Made by a program: the position numbers and the translations under genes. Below the pieces are notes generated by a model that was not told the origin of the DNA, ran no database searches, and was given only the letters and a program-made list of their open reading frames with translations. Source: Barthelona sp. PCE (Eukaryota). From it: DNA of 64,000 nt. The stretch spans positions 1,612,001 through 1,676,000 of the forward strand of contig JAUFOR010000002.1 in NCBI GenBank assembly GCA_040285745.1. Direction: 5' to 3'. Shown piece by piece: positions 40,213-51,200 of the stretch. How positions within the stretch are numbered: the stretch's first letter is position 1; each line of letters starts with the position of its first letter.

Positions 40213-43200
40213 ATGGATACCTTTTACTCAGTCGAAATTGCTTCTGACAGCAACCAGAAGATGGCTTGCCTCCATCCATTTGCTCCCCTTTTAGCTATGG
40301 GTGGAGAAGATAATACTCTCGAGCTTTGGAATTATGATACCAATACCAAGCTTTTCACTCTTGAATGTGAGTTCAACGTAAGATGTGCCATCTTCCTTCC
40401 AATAGCTGATATGTTGGTCGTTGGTGGTTACTCTGAAACATTGCTGTTCTTCAGCATTTCTTCAGGGGAGCAGCTTGACCAGTTAGATCTTGGTCACAAG
40501 GCTTTCTGTATTGACATTTCTCCAGCCGCTGATCAGTTGCTGATTGGTGGTAACCAAAAAGTTTCTATGCTTTCTCTGGAGACTCTGGAGGTCACCAAAG
40601 TGTACACTGGATGGACCAAGGATGTTATGAAGGTTCTTTTTGTTCAGGACGACATGTTTTATGTTATTCTTTACGCAAACATTCTTCTTAAATTCAACGT
40701 TGATGAAGATGATTACTGCGCCCGTAAGCAGCTAGCCGGTGAGGCAGCGCGTCAATACGGTTCGTATCACATTCTGGATCAACCAGTCATCTTTACATTC
40801 CTGCAAGGTACAGAAACGATTCGTCTTCTTGACTCTGATCTGGAAATTTTCCAAGAGGGTAATCCCAACCGTTCTATGCTTACAGCTGACGGTTTCCCAT
40901 TACTTCCCTACTCATTCAGTCTGACAAAAACAGCGTCTGTTGCCATTGTTGATGTTCGTAATCTTCATGAATATGGAAACATTTCTGCCCCTTCTTTCAA
41001 TGGTTATACAGGCTACTATCTACAATGTCAGTTCATGGGTTTTGCCTATGCACACCCTGATCCAGCCGGTGTTCGTGTCATGTCACTCATCAGCCGTGAC
41101 ACTCTAAGATTGCTTAATCTCCTGCACTTTGATCTGGGCTGCCTTTTACAGCCTATTCTTCGTTCTTATAAGGCTGAAAGTATGGATGATTACCTTGACT
41201 TCACACAGAACGTCATCAAGTTCCTCAGCTGTGACAACAGCAACAGTAATTTCGTCAATTCAATGGCCGAAACACTGCAACGTCTTATTGGTCTTGTCTT
41301 TGTCGGCAGAATCATTGCATTTGATACATTTGCTCGTATTCTTAAACAGTATCCTCACGATGTATCTTACAGCACTGCTGATGCTCAACTTATCCTCACC
41401 AGTCTCAATGATCAGATGGCTGCCATTCCCCACGTGATCAGTATGCTTGAGCGCACATCTCTACCCCATACGTTTCTTCCTGTTGTTCAGCATGCTGTTA
41501 AGTCAAACGAAGGAATGCGCATTCTTGATAAGATTACAGAGAATCTTGAATCTTTCCAAGCCTTGACCAGTGCTCGTCAGCGCAAGCTCATGGAGAAACT
41601 CAAGGAAGTTCTTGATGGAAAGATGGATGTGAATGATTGGATTCGCCTTTGTCAGGTCCTACATCAAACTGATTTCAGCTCTGATACTTTTCTGGCTGAG
41701 ATGGTAATCAAGACTGAAGACTCTATGATTAAGATGCGTACTGAGGTTGACGATCTTAAACGCGTTAATGCTTCACTTGAAGCATCGTTAGAGCAGGTCT
41801 TAGCAATGCAAGATAACAATGGCGAGCTGCAAAAAGCTCGTAACGAGTGTGAATCTTATATTGCTAATGTTGAAGAATCGCTGAAGCTTCCACAGTTTGA
41901 AGTCAGTGAGAACTTTGTCCGTAATCTCCAGATTCTAAACAATGACGTTGATGACGTTATTAGTACCATCACTGAAACCCAAAAGATGTTGTCTGAATGT
42001 TATAGTCAGAATGATTATGGCGATATTCTCACTCATCTTCACCATTTTCGTAAAGCCCTCGAAATCATAGATCGCTTTTTGCCTAATTTCGAGTTGTGTT
42101 ACAAGTTCCTTGTTGAACATGACACAGTCACTTCGAGGGTCATGGGTGTTAATGCGATCTACAACTACGATGACATGAGTAATCATCTGGATGCTGTGCT
42201 TAATTCTAGCGGGTTTTACACCATACTGCATCCCATTTATTCAAAGAAACTCAACGCACTCCGTGGAAGAGTCAAGATTGTTGGTAATCTACGTGATGCT
42301 GTTCTCCAGCTTGTCTCAAAGGTTAACGTGAAGAGCGTTTTCCCAATCATCACATTCCTTAAGAATCAGTTAACTCTTCTGGTCAACGGTTTTGATACAC
42401 TGTTTACTCTCTCATCTCGACACACTGATGCCCTTAAGGAATATGTTCGTGCAAAAAGCGCTCTCAAGGCAATCAAAGATAAGGAGGAGGCTACCTCTAT
42501 CCTCTTTGATATTTCTGACATGGTACATAACACTGAGAAGAGAAATCTTGAGGAACAGGTTGCCAAGTGCCTGGAAATTCTTGATGTTCTCACTGCACAC
42601 TCTGAGCGTATCACTTCATCTCCCGTTTTTAGTTCTTTTGTTGAGTCGTTTTTGCCCAGTTTCTCCATTAACAAGCGTTCTTTTGAGTATTTTGCTCACT
42701 TCAAGATGCAGGTTAACGGTTTCGAGCTTAAGTCCCACTTCATTGATGATTCAGTAGATCCCTCACCACGTACATACTTCCGTAACGGTGATTTCATCGT
42801 TCAACTTGATGTCAAAAGCTTTGACGACTTCCAGTTCTATATGGACCTCCGAAAGTACGGTGTTGTGTCTGTGCTCAATCCCCAGAGCATCACTTTCTGC
42901 TATCAATCTCCTGATACAACTGAAGTTGATTACAATACTCTCCCTCTCAAGTGCATTCGTCTTCGCTTCGATGTGGATGGCTTAAATTTGATTTCTCTCA
43001 GTGGTTTATTGAACATGTGCAACCCTGACGATGACAAGAAGCGTATCATCTGTCTGAAGATGCTAGAATTCATTGATTCTTGTAGTAAGAAGGGTATCAA
43101 CAACGTGAAAATTAACTTGAGCAATATCTTTGTCTCTAACGTCACCAAGATGGCTACTACCAACAAGAAGTTCAACGTGTTATTCCTCCCCTTCTCTGTC

Positions 43201-44901
43201 TGCCGCTCGTTTGATCCAGCATACATTGAGCTTCCACATCTCAAAAAGGAAGGTGTTGATGTCTTTTCAACACGAAACTTGTTTGAATTTGCCAAAATCT
43301 CCCTCTTCCTTTACATTGGTGACTCTTACGCTGCATTGGAGACCATGGAGATTTATGATACGTTGCCCGAGACTGCACCCAGTGATCTCATTTGCGCATG
43401 CCTGACACCGGATGAGTCATATTCGTCTATCCAGATGCTTCATCAGTCATTTATCAAGGAGACTAACGCTTATATCAAGTCACAAAGCACATCTCTCATG
43501 TCGGATAGTGATTTTGTCATGTCGCTGAGGCACACGTCACGTAACTACCGTACTAATGTTCAATTACGTGTTTCGTCAAAGAAGGAGAACACAGTAGGCT
43601 TCCTCTCAAAGATTTACACCGTCAAGAATACTTTCACTGTTGAGGATTTCATTGCTGTCTTTACAAACAAGGCACGCCTAATGCCATCAGATGATTCCTT
43701 GGACGAATTCAACTACATTGTTGAGTTTGAAGAAGAGGGTGATTTTATTGATGGCTTTGAGGAGTTCCTTAACGATCTCACGGCTAACAATCATCGATAC
43801 ACAGAGCTGCTCACAACCTTCCTCAACCCAATTCCCAGCGAGGAACTGGGACTTGCTCTTGGTCAGTTTATGCTCAGTGCTATCGTATTTGGTGTATCTG
43901 TTCCACGTCATCTCTTCTCTCCTTTGGTCTACCAAAGTCTTTCAAGTGGATTTGCAGAGTTTTTTGAGCATCCAACAACAAACGAGTTCTCAACATGTTT
44001 CCCTCTTGTTGCAAGAAATTTTGTCAAACTCAAGCTGGCACCGTTCCTCATCCCTGACGCAATGTTTAACTTCAGTGATGTTGGTCTCGATTCTAAGGAG
44101 GTTAAGTCTCTTGGGGAACTCGAGGAGTATTTTGTTCTTTTCAAGCAACGTTACATCCAGTCATATAAGAAGTTTGGTTTTGCAATCAACAGCCGTTTTA
44201 ATATGATATCTGCTCTGAGTGTCATCTTGAAGTCATGCAACAGTGTAGTCCTTGATCAGTTGCTATTCTCGACTCCTAAACTCTCTGCTGAGAAGGCACT
44301 CAGCTGCTTCAACATGTTTGCTCTCAGCAACAGCATGCGTAATGCCTTCACAACATTCATTCAAGAGCTTTCTGACACAATGCGTGCCCAGTTCGTCTAT
44401 CACTGTTCGAATTCATTCAACCCACGTGTTCCTGTCGATATCAAGTTACAGCCTCTCGATACCATGATGCCAAACGTTAACTTGTGCTCAAATGAACTCT
44501 TTGTACCCAACAAGGCTGCCGTCCTTGGTGTTGGTCTTGATGCAATCATGAATAACACTCTTCCATTCCACTTCCGCAAAATTATTGTCCAGAAGTACTC
44601 ACGCTTGACGGATAAGGACATTGCTGAGATGAACATTCGTCTCAAGAACGCCCCCCTCATGACAATTGATTTCAACAAGATTGCCGATGTTCCCACTCGC
44701 AGAGTATGTCCTCAGTGTTTGTTTGAGTTCGAACGTGGTGGTAGTGAGGGATGTAAGAGCTCTGCATGCCCTGGTTGCGGTTGTGAGTTCTGTTACTCAT
44801 GTCTTAATCTTGGCTGTGGTCACTATGACAAGTGTCCGGTTGCTCCTCGTCAGGTTATCACAATGGATGATGTTATGAACGTCATTAACAAGTTCAAGTA
44901 A
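40213..44901 (+). CDS. Multidomain protein: WD40 propeller, coiled coil, kinase-like region, HECT-like domain, RBR RING2/IBR-type Zn finger
   Basis: LHPFAPLLAMGGEDNTLELWNY (WD40); GINNVKINLSNIFV and DLICACLTPD (kinase-like); FTTFIQELSDTMRAQFV...MPNVNLCSNELFVP (HECT C-lobe-like); CPQC...ER..GCKSSACPGCGCEFCYSC (RING2/IBR-like). Confidence 0.7.
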   Translation: MDTFYSVEIASDSNQKMACLHPFAPLLAMGGEDNTLELWNYDTNTKLFTLECEFNVRCAIFLPIADMLVVGGYSETLLFFSISSGEQLDQLDLGHKAFCIDISPAADQLLIGGNQKVSMLSLETLEVTKVYTGWTKDVMKVLFVQDDMFYVILYANILLKFNVDEDDYCARKQLAGEAARQYGSYHILDQPVIFTFLQGTETIRLLDSDLEIFQEGNPNRSMLTADGFPLLPYSFSLTKTASVAIVDVRNLHEYGNISAPSFNGYTGYYLQCQFMGFAYAHPDPAGVRVMSLISRDTLRLLNLLHFDLGCLLQPILRSYKAESMDDYLDFTQNVIKFLSCDNSNSNFVNSMAETLQRLIGLVFVGRIIAFDTFARILKQYPHDVSYSTADAQLILTSLNDQMAAIPHVISMLERTSLPHTFLPVVQHAVKSNEGMRILDKITENLESFQALTSARQRKLMEKLKEVLDGKMDVNDWIRLCQVLHQTDFSSDTFLAEMVIKTEDSMIKMRTEVDDLKRVNASLEASLEQVLAMQDNNGELQKARNECESYIANVEESLKLPQFEVSENFVRNLQILNNDVDDVISTITETQKMLSECYSQNDYGDILTHLHHFRKALEIIDRFLPNFELCYKFLVEHDTVTSRVMGVNAIYNYDDMSNHLDAVLNSSGFYTILHPIYSKKLNALRGRVKIVGNLRDAVLQLVSKVNVKSVFPIITFLKNQLTLLVNGFDTLFTLSSRHTDALKEYVRAKSALKAIKDKEEATSILFDISDMVHNTEKRNLEEQVAKCLEILDVLTAHSERITSSPVFSSFVESFLPSFSINKRSFEYFAHFKMQVNGFELKSHFIDDSVDPSPRTYFRNGDFIVQLDVKSFDDFQFYMDLRKYGVVSVLNPQSITFCYQSPDTTEVDYNTLPLKCIRLRFDVDGLNLISLSGLLNMCNPDDDKKRIICLKMLEFIDSCSKKGINNVKINLSNIFVSNVTKMATTNKKFNVLFLPFSVCRSFDPAYIELPHLKKEGVDVFSTRNLFEFAKISLFLYIGDSYAALETMEIYDTLPETAPSDLICACLTPDESYSSIQMLHQSFIKETNAYIKSQSTSLMSDSDFVMSLRHTSRNYRTNVQLRVSSKKENTVGFLSKIYTVKNTFTVEDFIAVFTNKARLMPSDDSLDEFNYIVEFEEEGDFIDGFEEFLNDLTANNHRYTELLTTFLNPIPSEELGLALGQFMLSAIVFGVSVPRHLFSPLVYQSLSSGFAEFFEHPTTNEFSTCFPLVARNFVKLKLAPFLIPDAMFNFSDVGLDSKEVKSLGELEEYFVLFKQRYIQSYKKFGFAINSRFNMISALSVILKSCNSVVLDQLLFSTPKLSAEKALSCFNMFALSNSMRNAFTTFIQELSDTMRAQFVYHCSNSFNPRVPVDIKLQPLDTMMPNVNLCSNELFVPNKAAVLGVGLDAIMNNTLPFHFRKIIVQKYSRLTDKDIAEMNIRLKNAPLMTIDFNKIADVPTRRVCPQCLFEFERGGSEGCKSSACPGCGCEFCYSCLNLGCGHYDKCPVAPRQVITMDDVMNVINKFK

Positions 44902-44918
44902 ACCACATGTTTATTTTT

Positions 44919-46988
44919 TTAAACTTCATAACATGAACTATTTCGAATGTTTGAATCTATATATCCTTGAAGCGAAAACGGTTTTGTTTCGAAACTCCAG
45001 TCAAAAGTATTAATGCTATTTCTTGTAAAAGTGAGTAAAAACAACTCTCTTCCTGATCTGATAATAAAAACATGTTTCAGATCATCTCTTTGAATTGGAT
45101 ATACTGGAAAAACATCTAATATGAGAAACCCATTCACTAAAACATCAATTTTGTTCAGTCCAGCATCTAAGTAAAAAATTTCAGTCGCAGTAAATACCAT
45201 AATAAAATAAACATCTCGAACAACAAATGCAAACGCATACAACACAAATTCTGAACAGAAAACACCTGCTTCTTTCAGGTCTTCACCATCAACAGAAATT
45301 ATTGAGATGTAATTGCAGTCTGCAATAATACAAAGTCCTCCATCGAATGTACTGGAGAGCAGCCGCACTGTGCCTGTGTACTTCTTAGCCTTTAATTCAG
45401 TGCTGATGATTAGATACTCATGTGAATCATCTTCACTTGCTTGAAGCACAAAGAACTGTACTCCAAAACCAATAGATGTTTTATATAGAATGAAAGAACC
45501 ATGTTGCGTTGTCTTAAATGATAAAATCCCATCAGAAACACACTCACGTGGGAAAAACAAAAGAGTTCCTGTATAGTCATCAATAACAGTAAAGCTATTA
45601 TAAATTGCTGTTCTTTCCTCACTGGATGAGAGATCACTGCACCTTGCCTGTCCAAATGAGTCCGTTGAAGCAATAATACCATCACTAAATGAGCTTGTAA
45701 CCCGAAACGAAGGATAACTAAAATATGAACACATGTGTCGCGGTGATACGTGCATGAAACAACGATGTGACTCGAAACATGCACTTATGGTTCTGTTTTC
45801 TGTGTGAAATACCGGCCTGCTCAACATAAAAATTGAATGCTTCAAGTAATCATATCTGAAAGTAAAATCTCTACTTAAAAGACTCACAGATGCAAGAATT
45901 GACACAGATGTCCTGGTGGGATCGATTAAAAACACCATTCCTGAAACAACTCGGATATCGCTTCCATCTGGAATGCTCAGCGGTTCGCTGACAAGACGCA
46001 GTGTACCTTCTGCCATCACAGTGTATATCTTGAACTCATGAACAACCAGTAGTATAGTTGGTGTGTAACTGCTCAACAGAAAAACTCTGAAAGAACAATC
46101 TGGCTCAGTGTATTTACGACTATTCAATGGTGTTCTCTTTGCTGCTTCGCCGAATTTCTGACCAAGAGGATGGCTAAAATTGATCGGAAATGTGTAATCA
46201 TTCAATACTGTATCCAAATATTTGTCGAAAAGACATACTCGTAAAGATGGAATATCCTCACTAAATCTATTGGCAAACGTGATTCCACCAATCCTGCCTA
46301 ATTCATTGAAGGCGTATATTTGAAAATTACCCTCTAATTTAACTCTTCTCTTCATCTCTACACTAGAATTTGTGAATGTTAAACTCCAATCCAAATCATC
46401 AGAAAATATGGAGTTCCCTGAGTGCATTCCAATGACAGGCTTACCAAATAGAGGAAATATGTTTCCGTCTTTCCATTGGGCATTAGGTTCTAAAGCAACA
46501 TGATAATAGATCCAATTATTTTCTTCTTTTACCAACACAACCAGATAGTTCCGTAAACAAATCATAGAATCTATCTTTTCGTTAACAGAAAGATCAAATT
46601 TGATCTCAAAATGTTGTACATTAATAGCATAAGGTACATATGAAAAAAAAAACTGTTTCACTAAAAATATCACTGATGAGCTACCAGAATGTGTGCTGTT
46701 GAAGCAATCGTCTCCCATGGAATGTACAAAATTAAGCTTGAAGCTCCATAAGTTACTTTGAACGTCTATTGAAAAATACTCAGACGAAAAAAAAGGTAAA
46801 GCACACATCTGATACCATAACGTGTCTACTTTGATCCCTCTACGAAGATGCTTTGAAGATAATAACCTCTTTCGTACGCTCCTCACTGATAAATGTGAGG
46901 TAAATGCATTCATGTCAACGATTTGCCTTAATCCCCTCTTTGGAAAGTCAGGAATTTGCCCTAGAAGTGGCCTTGCTAACACTTCCAT
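44919..46988 (-). CDS. Uncharacterised beta-rich protein
   Basis: Open frame of ~689 codons from ATG 46988 (MEVLARPLLG), preceded by CCTTTT. No family recognised. Confidence 0.7.
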   Translation of the reverse strand: MEVLARPLLGQIPDFPKRGLRQIVDMNAFTSHLSVRSVRKRLLSSKHLRRGIKVDTLWYQMCALPFFSSEYFSIDVQSNLWSFKLNFVHSMGDDCFNSTHSGSSSVIFLVKQFFFSYVPYAINVQHFEIKFDLSVNEKIDSMICLRNYLVVLVKEENNWIYYHVALEPNAQWKDGNIFPLFGKPVIGMHSGNSIFSDDLDWSLTFTNSSVEMKRRVKLEGNFQIYAFNELGRIGGITFANRFSEDIPSLRVCLFDKYLDTVLNDYTFPINFSHPLGQKFGEAAKRTPLNSRKYTEPDCSFRVFLLSSYTPTILLVVHEFKIYTVMAEGTLRLVSEPLSIPDGSDIRVVSGMVFLIDPTRTSVSILASVSLLSRDFTFRYDYLKHSIFMLSRPVFHTENRTISACFESHRCFMHVSPRHMCSYFSYPSFRVTSSFSDGIIASTDSFGQARCSDLSSSEERTAIYNSFTVIDDYTGTLLFFPRECVSDGILSFKTTQHGSFILYKTSIGFGVQFFVLQASEDDSHEYLIISTELKAKKYTGTVRLLSSTFDGGLCIIADCNYISIISVDGEDLKEAGVFCSEFVLYAFAFVVRDVYFIMVFTATEIFYLDAGLNKIDVLVNGFLILDVFPVYPIQRDDLKHVFIIRSGRELFLLTFTRNSINTFDWSFETKPFSLQGYIDSNIRNSSCYEV

Positions 46989-47143
46989 GTCAAAATGTGA
47001 GAAAAGGAGATATGAATGCAAAACAAGAAAAGTGAAACAATTGCACATACTAATAATACGTTTTAAACGTTTTAAGGAACAATCACACCACACTTAAGGA
47101 ATGAAAAGATAGAATCGTTGGTTCTACTTTACTTCCCCTTTTC

Positions 47144-47818
47144 ATGGTTCGAACAACTATTAGACGAACGCCAGTCAAAAAAACACCTGGGAAAAAGACA
47201 GCTAACGAGCTCAAGCTGATCAAAAACACACTGGAAAGCATCAAAGCAGAGAATGATGAACAAACGAGTATTTTATTGGATTCTGTGAATACACAAACTT
47301 TGGGACTTAAAGAACAAATCGAAAGCGTCATGCAAACGCAGCTGTTACAACTTGAAAATAGTGAAAATAGTGAGTCTCGAATAGATGGTCTTGCAAACAT
47401 TATCAATCAACAACAACAAGACATTGATATGTTGAAGAAAGAACTAAGTGAAACCAGAAATGAACACATGAACAAACAAGCAGAAATACAAAGCTCAGTG
47501 CTGGATTTACAAAAAAGAAATACAGCTGAATTCATAAATATTGAAGAAAACTTTGATAAGCTACATAACAGCATTGAAATATGTTTGGGATTTGAAGGTC
47601 TAATACGCAAAAATCGTAAAAGTATAGAGACCCTTAGCAATGTTTTGTATAATTTCACAACAACAGTGGAAAATAATATTAGAACTTTAGAAGAATCAGA
47701 AACAAAAAGAAAACAATTGTATAATCAACAAAACGTAAGGATTAACAAAAAAATCCATGTACTTTCAAATGCTTTGAAAAAATTAACAGATTTCGTTGTA
47801 ACTGAGAATACTGAGTAA
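47144..47818 (+). CDS. Coiled-coil protein (224 aa) with basic TP-motif N-terminus
   Basis: RRTPVKKTPGKK followed by continuous heptad repeats. Confidence 0.75.
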   Translation: MVRTTIRRTPVKKTPGKKTANELKLIKNTLESIKAENDEQTSILLDSVNTQTLGLKEQIESVMQTQLLQLENSENSESRIDGLANIINQQQQDIDMLKKELSETRNEHMNKQAEIQSSVLDLQKRNTAEFINIEENFDKLHNSIEICLGFEGLIRKNRKSIETLSNVLYNFTTTVENNIRTLEESETKRKQLYNQQNVRINKKIHVLSNALKKLTDFVVTENTE

Positions 47819-47830
47819 ATTTAATATTGT

Positions 47831-48106
47831 TTACCTTGGCCGCCTTACACGATAATGTCTGGAGTATGGACTGCTAGGAGAATCATTCTTATGAATAATT
47901 TTTTTTTCTTCCCTCTTATTCTCCATTTTGTGATAGAAATCATCAGTGAGGAAGTAATCCAACGGCATGATGGGACTATCCGGTTCAGTAAAGCAATCTT
48001 CAGTATCTATATCATTCTCCATAAAATCACTACAGCCTGAGATAACTGATAATTCTGAAACGCCTGTTTCAGTATCTTCAACGGGGGACGAACTACTGCA
48101 CCCCAT
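47831..48106 (-). CDS. Small protein with N-terminal myristoylation/palmitoylation motif
   Basis: Starts MGCSSSS. It ends AGG-TAA-A, like most genes in this window. Confidence 0.65.
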   Translation of the reverse strand: MGCSSSSPVEDTETGVSELSVISGCSDFMENDIDTEDCFTEPDSPIMPLDYFLTDDFYHKMENKREEKKIIHKNDSPSSPYSRHYRVRRPR

Positions 48107-48261
48107 TTAATTATCACAGCGTTGAAAGAGGTAAAGAAAGGCAAAACGCCGTATTCATGAGAGAATCTTTACTCCAATGTTTAGGCTGTAAATGGTGCAT
48201 ATCTTGTTTATTGTTTGACTATTAAAGCTAATTTAAACATTTACTAGTTTTAGCGGATTTG

Positions 48262-51200
48262 CTACATAGTCGGTGGTTTAGCCTCCACGATAGCATGACC
48301 ATAGTCTGGGCTTGATATGTAGACCGCTAAACGTTTTATCTTACTTGGATCACCAGTGGAAACACTGAAGTAGTCGAACGCACCACGGCGATCGGTGTAG
48401 CCGTCCTTGAGGAAGCTGGCACCTGGGTTCTTGTAGACCTTGCAGTAAAGACGAGGCAGAGGTGCACCATCGAGCTTGGCGACGAGAATACCGGCCTTTT
48501 GACGAAGTTCAACGTCGAACTTGGCAGGATGGACGATAACGCGCTTTGAGACGCCGCTACCGCGTGCCTCCACAATTACAGAGTTGTTGGAGATCTCCTC
48601 AGGGATGGGGACGCACTTTTCGGTGGTTTCCAAAGTAACGGCAGGCGAAATTAACGGTTTGCGCGTGGCATCGTTAATATCGAACGGCTTGTTGGAGAAG
48701 AGTATCTCAGCCTCTAGAGGATAGAACAAGAGACTGACTGCCTCGAAATCGCTGTCGATCGTGACGCAATTCTTACCGGCCTTCAGATTGAGGTACTTTG
48801 CAATCTCCTCAATGAGTCCAATCTCCTGCTGGCGTGATCTGTGAGCCATGTGGTCGTCCTTCTCAAAGGTTTCAACGGTCTGGTACTTAGACACATCCTC
48901 ACCATCAAGTTCTCTGATCAAAAGATCGATCTCCTTAAAGTGAGGCTTTAGGCGCAGATGCGTGACGTCCTCGTGCTTCTTGACGAGCTCGCGTGCAACT
49001 GTGAGGTCGCCGTTGATGACATCGAGATAAGCACGAATCAAATCAGAGAACGGTGTGTCGTGCTCAGCTGGAACACGCGCCATGTACTTCTCGGCGTCAG
49101 TAAAACGCTCAACAAGGAGCATATAGTACGCAGCATACACACAAAGGATCGGGTCAGGCTTCGGGCTCATAACCAACAGCTCAAGCGTCTCAACGTACTT
49201 GTTCCTGACTTCCTGGGATTGCCAGTAGTCGCCCAGACTGAAAACTCGCTGGGTGACGTATGGCTCGAATTCCTGGAAGCGGTACTCAGGATGGTTGACC
49301 TCGAAAAGCTGGCACTTAAAGACTTTAAGAACAGATGCTGAAGAAGGGCGTTCGTGCTTAAAGTACAGGCGCATGAAGCGTTCATTCTTGAACTTGAACG
49401 CAAGTCTCATGAACTTGGCATCGAAGTGACCTAATTCAGTGAAGGTTGATGCCAACATATTGAATGCTTCTGCACAATCATTAGCACGCCAATAACAGTA
49501 GCTGTACTTATTATATTCAACGTCATTTTCTCTTAGGAAAACACATACCTCCTCCAGCGAACCTCTTAGTGAAATATGCCTCCATGAAATCGCACCATCC
49601 GCTACAAAAGCGCGCACAACCGTTTTAGATAGAGCATCTGCCCTTCCCATAAAGCAAGAGAGATTGCATATGGAAGCTGGACACATATAAAACTCAGATA
49701 CAGCAGGAATAACAAAAAAGAACGAAACCTTTGCTGCTTTAAAAGGTTTCACTGTTATGTAGTCCGTTGATGTGTTCTTCAGATCAAGTGCAACAGCACC
49801 CAGCGGTACTTGTCTTATAACACTGATCTCTTTCATCTTGCTGGATAGATTAAAGCACACAATTTCACTCTTGTAAATACGATTAATTATCAAATCATCT
49901 CCAGCCGTCATAAAGTGATCAGTTTGTAGATCACGCGTTGTAGTATCGAATATTTGTTGACGAATCACCAGTTTTTCATCCACCAGCGTACTTTCAGCAT
50001 CATCCATAACGTTAAACAAGCGCATTATAACTCCACCAGTACGACATAAAGCCAGGGCAAAAATAATCTCGTGATATGTCGCAACAGGGAAACTCAACGA
50101 CAACATGTTTGAAGATTTAAAACTCCAATTAGATGACTGAAAGCGATCTTCAAACGGAATGCTGGCAATATGACGAGCGAAATCAACCCAGAAATGTGAG
50201 GTTTGAAAGATATTATGAGAAGCATCGTTCTTCATACCATGCCAACTTGTCTCAACATACTTCTTAGTATTCACAGGGGGACGATACACAGGGATACGTA
50301 CCTTCTGTCCACTTTTCAATAGACTTTCGATCAACCTCTCTCGATTGTTGGAAATTGATCTGAATCGCTCCCGACCCGACACATCTTCCAATACAATGTA
50401 ACCGTCACTGTCCCTTCTAAAATCTGCACCAATTGTTGATTTGTTAGAACGAGGTTCTTGGGCTTTCTGTTCTCTTTCCTCATTCATGACATTGAAACGT
50501 GACATAATTTCCTCACTTGAAGTGCATGCCTTTTGTTGCGTGGTGTTGGCATTCAAGGCTGTTTTGAATATGTCAGAGTACTTACGGTTAGACATCTTAT
50601 TAATATTAGCCTTACCATGTAACTCATCAACAAACTGTGTTATGTTTTCTTCAGTGAGAGCTGCTAATAATATTCGTTCAAATACACTTAGCTTCTTTTT
50701 ATACGTAGGCTCACGATACTTCTGCAACATTGGAATCAGATGGTCAGGATTGTTGAGATACAGCATGATGTTTTCGAGCATGTTGCGGTCGAGTTTGTGG
50801 TGCAAGAAGGGTCGCACGCATGTGTCAAATAGATCTGGACGTTGAATCATAATAAAGAATGCAACTTCGTCACACCAATATGTGTGTAACTTCTCCTTCA
50901 TCTCCTCCGCGGATAAATTCTCAAGCAAGAAATCAAATCCACCAAGGATAGAAAGACCATAAAAATCACGAAACAAAATCCATAAATCTTTAAGATCATC
51001 ATAAACGCGTGTTGTTGTACCCTCCTTTAGCTGCTTCTCACCAAAATCGCACTCAAAAGAGTGTGTAAGCTTTCTTTCAGTGTCAAAAGCACAATCCAGA
51101 ACAACACTTCTAATGATCGGTTCCGAATTCAATGCTGTTTCAAACATTTTCAGGTGGAATGATCCAACTGCTCGGTCCTCCAGCACTACTGTAACAATAC

